Below are positions 1-7,087 of a stretch of 35,894 nucleotides of DNA, in pieces (the first letter of the stretch is position 1; every line of letters begins with the position of its first letter). This DNA is from a virus (lineage: Duplodnaviria > Caudoviricetes). The position numbers and the translations under genes were made by a program. The notes beneath the pieces were generated by a model. The model searched no databases. It saw only the letters and a program-made list of their open reading frames with translations, and was not told the origin of the DNA. The stretch spans positions 1-35,894 of IMG/VR virus record IMGVR_UViG_3300048856_000028, one strand, 5' to 3'.

Positions 1-609
1 CAATAGTCCTTGGGCTAACAGGCCGCTGGTCAGCTTGCCGGCATCCGCGAGACTCCGGAGTTGGTCCACGCTGGTACCGAAGGCTTGCGCGATTGCTTGG
101 GCCAGTCCGGGTGCCTGCTTGATAATCGCGTCGACCCCCTCGCCGTCGAGGCGGCCAGCGGCCATCGCCTGGCCCACCTGCTCCGCCGCGGCTTGGCGTG
201 CCGCGGGATCGCCACCGCCGATAGCAGCCGCCTTGCCAATGAGTTCGGTGAGCTTGAGCGAGTCGCGCAGTTCGAGCCCGAGCCCCTTGGCCCCGCGTTG
301 AACGAGTTGGAAGACGTCGGCGACGCCGGCGTATTCCTGTCGCGCCCGCTGGGCGATCTGGAAGATCTCGTTCAGCGCCGCCTGCTGCTCCTGGAGGCTG
401 TTGGTCGCGAGGCCGACTCGCGTTTGCACGGCCGTCCATTCGTCCGCAATCTTGGCGGCGGCAATGACGGACACATTGGCGGCGATCTGACGCGCAAGCC
501 CAGCGATGGCAAGGTATCCCTTGCCGATCTGCTGGACCTGCTGCATCTGTTGCACCTGTTGGACCACCTGCAAGCGCAGGACCGCGACCACTTGCGAAAT
601 GTTTGTCAT
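1..609 (-). CDS. Tape measure protein, N-terminal part (runs off window start; not in ORF track)
   Basis: Manual translation from ATG 609: MTNISQVVAVLRLQVVQQVQQMQQVQQIGKG...IADEWTAVQTRVGLATNSLQEQQAALNEIFQIAQRARQ...QVGQAMAAGRLDGEGVDAIIKQAPGLAQAIAQAFG, a typical tape-measure domain. Open to base 1; ATGA overlap with the upstream stop. Confidence 0.85.
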   Translation of the reverse strand, partial: MTNISQVVAVLRLQVVQQVQQMQQVQQIGKGYLAIAGLARQIAANVSVIAAAKIADEWTAVQTRVGLATNSLQEQQAALNEIFQIAQRARQEYAGVADVFQLVQRGAKGLGLELRDSLKLTELIGKAAAIGGGDPAARQAAAEQVGQAMAAGRLDGEGVDAIIKQAPGLAQAIAQAFGTSVDQLRSLADAGKLTSGLLAQGLL

Positions 610-854
610 TTTTTTCCCGCCATGCTGTTGGCCGCCTTTTGCTGCGCGGCCTCCTGCGCATCCATCAGCGCGTTCAGTTTCAGGATGTCAACCAGGTCCA
701 CGCAGCCGCCCCTGATCTCGCTCACGCTGATGTGCCCCGCGATGACGGGGCGCCAGATCACGAGTTCCGCGTCGAAGTCGGGACGGAATCGCCCGACAGC
801 TTCGCCGCGAGGCCTTGGACCGAGCCAAAACGGCCGGCCCAGCGCAGAAAAAAA
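606..854 (-). CDS. gpT-like -1 frameshift extension of the tail assembly chaperone
   Basis: The -1 frame is open from slippery T TTT TTT (854-848) to TGA 608-606: ...FRPDFDAELVIWRPVIAGHISVSEIRGGCVDLVDILKLNALMDAQEAAQQKAANSMAGKK*. It lies between chaperone and tape measure. Confidence 0.7.
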   Translation of the reverse strand, partial: FFSALGRPFWLGPRPRGEAVGRFRPDFDAELVIWRPVIAGHISVSEIRGGCVDLVDILKLNALMDAQEAAQQKAANSMAGKK

Positions 855-1249
855 TCGGCGAAGTTGAAACGGATGATCTGGAACATCAGCTCCAGGATGT
901 CGCCCGCGTCGCGGAATGCCAGCGTGCGCATTTCCTTGGTGAGCTTGGACTCGCGACCGTTGATCGAGACCGCGACGAATTCCGGATCGAGGAGCCGGTT
1001 TGCCCAGGACTCCAACGAAGCGCCGTCGAGCTTGCCCGACAGCTCCCGAACCGCCTCGGAGAACGTGGTATCGGGCGTGGCGTTGGCCTGGTCACCCGGC
1101 CCGCCGGCGAAAGCACCTTCGAGCAGATGGCCCACCGCCGGCAGAATGTCGCGCTGCAGATCGCCGAAGATTCGCAGGGCAACGAACGGATCGATCTTGC
1201 GGATCATGAATTCGGCGTCGCCGATCGTGACGTTGGTAACGAGACTCAT
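758..1249 (-). CDS. Phage tail assembly chaperone (gpG-like)
   Basis: 163 aa between tube and tape measure; C-terminal ...NFADFF on a T7 run. Confidence 0.8.
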   Translation of the reverse strand: MSLVTNVTIGDAEFMIRKIDPFVALRIFGDLQRDILPAVGHLLEGAFAGGPGDQANATPDTTFSEAVRELSGKLDGASLESWANRLLDPEFVAVSINGRESKLTKEMRTLAFRDAGDILELMFQIIRFNFADFFLRWAGRFGSVQGLAAKLSGDSVPTSTRNS

Positions 1250-1677
1250 GCGGCATTACCTCCCACGAAGAACGCGCTGTTGCCCGTCTCGATGGTCCAC
1301 TCGCGGGTGCCCAACTCGGCGGCGAACTCGGCAGTCGGGTACTTCACGACCCAGGCCTCGGACGAGGTGAACACGGTGCGGCCGCGCAGGTCCGACACGG
1401 CGATCGGAAACAGGCCCGCGCCGCCGCTGAGGCGGTCGGCTTGCAGCAGGGCCGACAGCACGTCGTTGCCTGCGCTGGTCTGCTGCAGCGTAATGGTGAC
1501 GCGGCACCGGCGATCCGACGACATGGCGCGTGCCACCTCGCCGTCCGCGCCGACCACGGACGTCACGCCGTCGCCAACTTCCTCGATGCTGATAAAGGTG
1601 TCCTCGGCGAAGCCGCTCAGGGTCGCCGCGCCGACGGTGACGTTGACGCGGGACGGATCATAGGTACGAGTTGTCAT
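1246..1677 (-). CDS. Contractile tail tube protein (DUF3277-like)
   Basis: TYDPSRVNVTVG...GFAEDTFI...VGADGE...ITLQQTS...REWTI motifs; follows the sheath gene. Confidence 0.85.
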   Translation of the reverse strand: MTTRTYDPSRVNVTVGAATLSGFAEDTFISIEEVGDGVTSVVGADGEVARAMSSDRRCRVTITLQQTSAGNDVLSALLQADRLSGGAGLFPIAVSDLRGRTVFTSSEAWVVKYPTAEFAAELGTREWTIETGNSAFFVGGNAA

Positions 1678-1689
1678 GGAAAGCTCCGA

Positions 1690-3045
1690 TTAGAGGGCGT
1701 AGGTCAGGTTGCCGCGGATCGTCACGGCGTGGATGGCGCCGGCCAGGCGCGCGGTAAACGACACGTCGTTCAGCACGCGGTTCGCCTTGTCGTTGAACGG
1801 GACGCTGGCGGCAAGCGGGGCGCTGATGGTGTAGGACGGAATCTTGCGGCCGTCTTCGCCCAGCTCCTCCGGCGCGATGCCGCCGCGCGACACTCCAAGG
1901 TCCAGTGCCTTGCGCATGGCGGTGGTGATGATCTGGATGCCGCCATCGGTGTAGGGCACCTTGCCGTTGGCGTTGACCAGCGCGGATACGACGTTGATCT
2001 TGACTTGCTCGGCGAGCCAATCGCGGAAGCGGATCACATCGATCCATTCGCCCGCCGCGACCTTGCCACCTTGCGTGATAGCGAAGTTCCGGAACGGCTC
2101 AAACGTATTGGCGTTCTTGTTGCGCGCCGCGATCGATTGCCCCTCGCTGAGGTTGTCGAACGAGATGCCGGCGAGCCGCAGGTTGGCCCACGTCTCGCCC
2201 CCCGGGTAGAAGGTGAAGCGATTGCCGGCCACGGCGGCCTCCAGCCATTCCGATGCAGCGGCCGCGTGGTACCAGACGGCGGTCCGGAAGAACTGCTTCT
2301 GTTGCAGCTTCGATGCCAGGTCGGTCTCCGACCCGCCGTCGATGATGCCGGCCTGGCCCGACGACACGCCCATCAGCTTGGCGTTCGACTCGACCCATTC
2401 GGCGGCCGCAAGAATGTCGGCCTCCGCGCGGCTGGCGAGGACGACGCCATACCAGTCGTCGTTCTCGGCGCGGCAGGCCGCCAGCGCGTCGACAACGGGT
2501 TCTGTGGCTTCCAGCGGCTGGAGCGCAAGGTTGCCTTGGAGTGCCACCGCGATCGCCGCGCCGTCCACGTCTGCCGCGACGGTGACGGTCGAGCCCACAG
2601 CCGTCGTGGTGACCGGCGCGGCAGTTGCATTGATCGCCGTTGCCAACGCTTGAGCGATCGTCGTGGCACTGTCAGCCGGGGTGGCCGCATAGCTCGCCGT
2701 CACGCTTTGCGGTGCCCCGCTGGCGTCGTTCCACTGCAACGTGACGTCGTACGCCGAGTCGGATGCACGGGTCACTGCCACATCGAAACTGTCGGCAGCC
2801 TGCCGGCCGATAAAGCAGCGGTAGATGGTGGGAATCTGCTTGAACACGTCACGCACCGCCATGTACAGCGGCGACGAGCTGGACAGGCCCAATTCGAGCA
2901 GCTCGTTGGCCGACGTCACGGCCATCACGCGGCCGAGGCCGAGCGTGTGTGGGCCGACGACGAGCAGGTCGGAGAAGGACTGTTCCTTGATTGCGGTGGT
3001 GTTCAGGTTGATCTGAACGTTGACGATACGGTCGAGTGTTGCCAT
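1690..3045 (-). CDS. Contractile tail sheath protein (DUF3383-like)
   Basis: Start MATLDRIVNVQI at 3045 after a GGAG RBS; GEWIDVIRFRDWL, KVPYTDGG, ARLAGAIHAVTIRG motifs. Confidence 0.88.
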   Translation of the reverse strand: MATLDRIVNVQINLNTTAIKEQSFSDLLVVGPHTLGLGRVMAVTSANELLELGLSSSSPLYMAVRDVFKQIPTIYRCFIGRQAADSFDVAVTRASDSAYDVTLQWNDASGAPQSVTASYAATPADSATTIAQALATAINATAAPVTTTAVGSTVTVAADVDGAAIAVALQGNLALQPLEATEPVVDALAACRAENDDWYGVVLASRAEADILAAAEWVESNAKLMGVSSGQAGIIDGGSETDLASKLQQKQFFRTAVWYHAAAASEWLEAAVAGNRFTFYPGGETWANLRLAGISFDNLSEGQSIAARNKNANTFEPFRNFAITQGGKVAAGEWIDVIRFRDWLAEQVKINVVSALVNANGKVPYTDGGIQIITTAMRKALDLGVSRGGIAPEELGEDGRKIPSYTISAPLAASVPFNDKANRVLNDVSFTARLAGAIHAVTIRGNLTYAL

Positions 3046-3055
3046 ACAAGGCTCC

Positions 3056-3085
3056 AAAAAAAATAGCCGCCCGAGGGCGGCTTTG
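3056..3085 (-). terminator. Intrinsic terminator inside the late operon
   Basis: Minus strand AGCCGCCC-TC-GGGCGGCT followed by ATTTTTTT. Confidence 0.65.
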
Positions 3086-3123
3086 GTCTTCCAGTCCACG
3101 GTTGTGTGGACCGTGATCAGCGG

Positions 3124-3603
3124 TCAGGGGCGAGCCCCGTCGTCTGTGATCCCATCTGCGTTCACCGTTTCGATCAGACCGACTTCTTCGTTGAGCGTGA
3201 CGGTGTAGCGGGCGCTTAGCGCGAGCTGCGTGCGGGGCTCGTACGTCGCGTCCTCCAGCAGCAGGGGCACCTGTTGGGTCTGGCCGATGGCGAAGATGGC
3301 CAGGTCGAGCGCTTCGGCGTGGAGCAGCGCCTTCTCCATCTGCAGACGCTGCGCCAGGGTGTCCATGGCGTCCATGCCGCCGGCGCCGAAGTACGTCAAT
3401 TCGAGCTGTGCATCGCGATGGCTGCTGACGGCCCGTACGCCATCCGGCGCAACGGGCCCAAGATGCAGCGGCAAACGGCTGGACTCCTGCAGTTTCAGCG
3501 CGATATAGGGCTTGGTCGGCGGCACTGCATCCTGCTCGGCAAATATCACGGGCACAGTGGCTTCGGCCGAGATCAGTTCGTGAAGGGCCTGTTCGGGTGT
3601 CAT
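3124..3603 (-). CDS. Tail terminator / neck-completion protein
   Basis: 159 aa immediately upstream of the sheath; PVIFAEQDAVPPTKPYIAL N-terminus typical of myovirus tail terminators. Confidence 0.65.
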   Translation of the reverse strand: MTPEQALHELISAEATVPVIFAEQDAVPPTKPYIALKLQESSRLPLHLGPVAPDGVRAVSSHRDAQLELTYFGAGGMDAMDTLAQRLQMEKALLHAEALDLAIFAIGQTQQVPLLLEDATYEPRTQLALSARYTVTLNEEVGLIETVNADGITDDGARP

Positions 3604-3716
3604 GGTTCACTCTTTTGGAAGGCTGCGCATCGCATGGGATTGCAGCGGACTGCCACAGGTCCTTGCGCGCATCGCGAGAAGCCGCGCCATGCGAATGAAG
3701 CGCGCCGGCGAGAAGC

Positions 3717-3748
3717 AAAAAAGCCCGCTCGATAGCATCGGCGGGCTT
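3717..3748 (-). terminator. Intrinsic terminator in the late leader
   Basis: Minus strand AAGCCCGCCGATGCTATCGAGCGGGCTTTTTT. Confidence 0.7.
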
Positions 3749-3865
3749 GGTGCACATCAGCGGTACATCGGAATATCTGTAGACGCTGCATGCCGCGCGG
3801 GCTGCGCCGCATGACTCATGGGTATGCGGCCTTGGCAGAACGGCATCAATAAAAACTCTCGCCGG

Positions 3866-3898
3866 AAATGCAGAAGCCCCCAACCAGTGGGGGCCTCA
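3866..3898 (-). terminator. tR'-like terminator just downstream of the late promoter
   Basis: GCCCCCA/TGGGGGC stem (3876-3894) followed on the minus strand by TTCTGCATTT. Confidence 0.55.
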
Positions 3899-3924
3899 GA
3901 TACATTGACTGCGAGTCTGGGAGA

Positions 3925-3953
3925 AATATACAAGGCTTGTCGCAAAGGCGCAA
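3925..3953 (-). promoter_or_regulatory. pR'-like sigma70 late promoter
   Basis: Minus strand TTGCGC-N17-TATATT directly after the Q-like stop codon; GCGACAA direct repeat in the spacer and upstream of -35. Confidence 0.6.
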
Positions 3954-3968
3954 GCTTTTTCTTTGTCG

Positions 3969-4604
3969 CTATGCGTGGACGGCCGCCACCATCGGTGGCT
4001 CGTACTCGGTCGCTTCCGCAACGAGCCCGTGCGCGATGAACATCGGCTCCAGGCGGGATAGCGCAAGATTTTCCAACGCGCGGAAATTTGCCTCCATCCA
4101 CTTGGCCGCACGGAATATCTTGTCCTTGCTGACCTTGTGCTTTTCGCCCAGGGCCCGTACGGTCATGCCCTCACGCTGCTCGCGCGGTAGGTAATGACGC
4201 GCGGCCAGCTCCAGCAGCAGCGTGCCCGAGGTCAATCCCGACGAGCGCCGTGCATACAACGCCAGCCGCTTGCACCCGTCCAACTTCTCCGGACCAACCG
4301 CGAAACGCGCCAGTACGGCCGCCATCTCCTGGCTCGGCAGGCGATCCCGCGCGGCAGCCGTCACCATGCTGCACTGAGCCCTGACTTCGTTGGGCGCGAG
4401 ACCGCCGAAGTTGACGGTGCCGCTCCCTCCGTTCTCGCGTAACCGCTCCAGCCACGCTTGTTGCTGCCCCGTGGGCCGCTCGAGGTCTTCCAGCAGCCGA
4501 ACCAGCATATTTCGAAATGGCTGCCCGTGCCGGGGCGGCATGGACAGGATCAGATAGGACACGCGCAGCGCTTGTTCGGTGCTTGTGAAAATAGCTTCAG
4601 TCAT
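3969..4604 (-). CDS. Late gene regulator, Q-antiterminator-like DNA-binding protein
   Basis: Last early gene before the late promoter; C-terminal HTH-like TVRALGEKHKVSKDKIFRAAKWM. ATG 4604 has a GGGGA RBS; longer starts to 4709 are possible. Confidence 0.6.
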   Translation of the reverse strand: MTEAIFTSTEQALRVSYLILSMPPRHGQPFRNMLVRLLEDLERPTGQQQAWLERLRENGGSGTVNFGGLAPNEVRAQCSMVTAAARDRLPSQEMAAVLARFAVGPEKLDGCKRLALYARRSSGLTSGTLLLELAARHYLPREQREGMTVRALGEKHKVSKDKIFRAAKWMEANFRALENLALSRLEPMFIAHGLVAEATEYEPPMVAAVHA

Positions 4605-4712
4605 TGTTTCGTTTCCCCGTGGAACTGTCATGGCTTTACGTGATTCCTCCGCGTGCCGTTCAGCAGCGCGTTCGTCCAAACCGTGTTGCAGCCGATACCC
4701 GCTCGTCACTCT

Positions 4713-6107
4713 TCATAAATCCGCGACAACGTCGCGCCTGCGTGCCACCGCGCCGGCATTGAGAAACGGCAGCGGGCCGGTCCATTCGTCGAACCGGGTC
4801 ACCGCCCCGCGGTACCGCAGTGGCACGTCGCCGAGCGCACCGTTACGCTGCTTGCGGATCATCACTTCGGCGTAGCCCCTGGACGCCGGGTCTGCTGGCT
4901 GGTACATCTCCGCACGGTGCACCAGCAGCACCACGTCGGCGTCCTGCTCGATATCGCCGGAATCTCGCAGATCCGCCAACTGCGGCTTCTTGTCAGGTCG
5001 TTCTTCGCTCTTGCGGCTCAGTTGCGAGAGCACGATCACGGCGGCGTTGAGCTCCTTGGCCAAGGCCTTCAATCCGCGCGAGTACGCGCCAATTTGCTGC
5101 GTGCGCTGCTTCTCCTCGCCACCAGTCATCAAGCCGAGGTAGTCGACGACAAGCACATCCAGACCGTATTTGCGCTGGTGTGCCTTGGCTTTCATCCGGA
5201 CATCAATGAGTGTCAGTGCGGGCGTATCGTCGACCGCGAAGTTCAGCGTCTCGATCGCGGCGAACGCGGACTTCATCCCGCTCAACGCGCCGTCGTCGTG
5301 CTGGTTCAGCCGGCCAAGCAACTTGGACAAGGCCACCTCGCCCCGGGTCGCCACAGCGCGGGCGACGATTTCCTGATCCGCCATTTCCATCGACAGCAAC
5401 AGCACGCTGTAGTTGGTGGCCATGTTCAAACCGATGTTCGTCGTGAGAGCGGTCTTGCCCATCGACGGCCTGCCCGCGACGACCACCAGATTGCCGCGAC
5501 GAACACCGCCGTTCAGTGCTTTGTCCAGGGACGGCAGACCCGTCGGGATTGCCGATTCCCCCGTGCCCGCGATGCGCTCGTCCACCGTCTGCGCAAACGC
5601 CGGCAGCAAGTCGCGCAGCATCCTCGGCTCCTTGCGCACGCCCGTCTGCGCAAGGCGAGCCAGCATGGTCTGCGCCCAGTCCAGTATCTCGGCGCCCTTC
5701 ATCGCGCTGGGTGTTTCCACCAGTTCCTGCACCCTTCGCACTGTGGCCAACGTCTCGCGGAGCAAGGCGTGCTCGCGTACGGTCTCCGCATAGCGGGCGA
5801 TGTTGGCCGCGCTGGGCGTGCTGTGCGCCAAGTCGGTGAGATAGGCCAAGCCGCCCACATCCGCTGCCCTGCCCCGTTCCTGCAGCGCCTCGAATACGGT
5901 AACGACGTCGGCCGGTTTACCGGCAACGATAAGGCCGAGAATGCGGGAGTAGATTTGCCGGTGGTCGTGTCGGTAAAAGTGCGCTGGCTCCAAGCCCCCG
6001 ATGCGGTCGAACGCGTTGTTGTCGAGCAGCAAGCCACCCAGCACGGCCTGCTCGGACTCCACGCTCCACAGTGCCCGGCCCAGTGCAATATGGTCGGACG
6101 CGGTCAT
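4713..6107 (-). CDS. Phage replicative DNA helicase, DnaB family
   Basis: SVESEQAVLGGLL, Walker A GRPSMGKT, VVDYLGL, LSQLSR, DLRDSGDIEQDAD, KQRNG; full length. Confidence 0.95.
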   Translation of the reverse strand: MTASDHIALGRALWSVESEQAVLGGLLLDNNAFDRIGGLEPAHFYRHDHRQIYSRILGLIVAGKPADVVTVFEALQERGRAADVGGLAYLTDLAHSTPSAANIARYAETVREHALLRETLATVRRVQELVETPSAMKGAEILDWAQTMLARLAQTGVRKEPRMLRDLLPAFAQTVDERIAGTGESAIPTGLPSLDKALNGGVRRGNLVVVAGRPSMGKTALTTNIGLNMATNYSVLLLSMEMADQEIVARAVATRGEVALSKLLGRLNQHDDGALSGMKSAFAAIETLNFAVDDTPALTLIDVRMKAKAHQRKYGLDVLVVDYLGLMTGGEEKQRTQQIGAYSRGLKALAKELNAAVIVLSQLSRKSEERPDKKPQLADLRDSGDIEQDADVVLLVHRAEMYQPADPASRGYAEVMIRKQRNGALGDVPLRYRGAVTRFDEWTGPLPFLNAGAVARRRDVVADL

Positions 6108-6922
6108 GCGGTCACCTGGCCGTGATAGCGGCCTTCGCGGATCTTCGCGAAATTCTCGGCCTTGATCATCCAGTCGAGGCTGGCAACGAAGGGCTTGCGG
6201 CCATCGGCGATCTTGGCGCGGCCGGTAAGGAATTCCGACTCGGCGACATAGTTAAAAAACCTGCGCCAGTAATCTAGCTCCTGGCGCTTCGCATCCTCGT
6301 TCCAACGCGCTCGAAGCGCCTGGGCACGGGTCGGCGTCCAATCGCGAATACCAGGGCACATGGGCAGCAGTTCGTGGTACAGCGCAACAATGGCCTGATG
6401 CGGGCAAGTCAACCTGCTGGGCTTCGGGGCTGCGGCGCAGAGCGCCACGGCGGAGCCGGCGCCGCCGTCAGCGACCACCACGTCAGTGGTGGTTATGGTC
6501 TCTTCTGGCTGATGGCTCATGGTTGATGGCTCATGGCTTAGGTTTTCTTCGCTTTGCGTATCAGTACCCGACGCTAACCCAATCGGTTTTTCCTCCGTTT
6601 CGTTTCGCTTTGGCCTGCCACCGCGTTTGCCGTTGGCCCGGTTTGCTTCGCTCTGCGCGCTGGCGATTTCGATTTCGCGCTCGCATCGCGCTTGTCTCCA
6701 TGTGTCACCGTCAAGGTTGAAGAACTCGGACAACACCGCTTCGACAGCGTGTAGTTCTTCCTCGGCGCGCGCACCGATGAGGCGGGCCGCCTGATTGGCC
6801 GGTATGCCGCCTTCGCGCGAGTAGTAGACGTCCATCAACCGTGCGTACACGCCGTGCTCGAGAAGCGACAGATGCGCGGCGTCCTTGATGTAGTCGCCGA
6901 TATGGCGCTTGTAGAAATTCAT
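6104..6922 (-). CDS. Phage replication initiator, YdaU/DUF1376 family (O-like)
   Basis: MNFYKRHIGDYIKDAAHLSLLEHGVYARLMDVYY, NGKRGGRP, C-terminal SLDWMIKAENFAKIREGRY; overlaps the DnaB start. Confidence 0.9.
   Translation of the reverse strand: MNFYKRHIGDYIKDAAHLSLLEHGVYARLMDVYYSREGGIPANQAARLIGARAEEELHAVEAVLSEFFNLDGDTWRQARCEREIEIASAQSEANRANGKRGGRPKRNETEEKPIGLASGTDTQSEENLSHEPSTMSHQPEETITTTDVVVADGGAGSAVALCAAAPKPSRLTCPHQAIVALYHELLPMCPGIRDWTPTRAQALRARWNEDAKRQELDYWRRFFNYVAESEFLTGRAKIADGRKPFVASLDWMIKAENFAKIREGRYHGQVTA
6506..6655. repeat. Putative replication origin repeats within the initiator gene
   Basis: Five tandem 7-mers TGGCTGA TGGCTCA TGGTTGA TGGCTCA TGGCTTA (6506-6540); three iteron-like 16-mers at 6541-6556, 6597-6612 and 6640-6655. 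Confidence 0.55.
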
Positions 6923-7011
6923 TCACTGCTCCGTGCGGTAGATCGGACCACTAGCAGCCCCGCCGTCTCCCGCTTCCATTCAGTTCTGGGGCCTCCGTGC
7001 GATCGATTGTA

Positions 7012-7076
7012 TGACCATATCGGTAACACATCAACGAAAATTTGTTACCATATCGGTCTATTTACCTTTTTGGTCA
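7012..7076. promoter_or_regulatory. Three repressor operator sites (OR-like)
   Basis: TGACCATATCGGTAA (7012-7026), TTACCATATCGGTCT (7045-7059), TTACCTTTTTGGTCA (7062-7076): ACC-N5-GGT palindromes between divergent genes. Confidence 0.75.
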
Positions 7077-7087
7077 GTACAGGTCCA

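Noticed and set aside
1441-3066. Long plus-strand ORFs (e.g. 61-867, 1441-3066, 4917-6125, 15770-16924, 30301-31785)
   Set aside because: Antisense shadows of recognisable minus-strand genes, expected in high-GC DNA; no motifs
1-3603. Left tail genes as T6SS, Afp/PVC-type eCIS, or part of the right-hand prophage
   Set aside because: Sheath and tube are phage DUF3383/DUF3277-type with a tape measure and lambdoid control genes. The right prophage has its own non-contractile tail and ends at the att site.
6854-7087. N-terminal extension of the repressor (383-aa ORF)
   Set aside because: Overlaps the divergent initiator gene and the operator region; the HTH starts after 7088/7097
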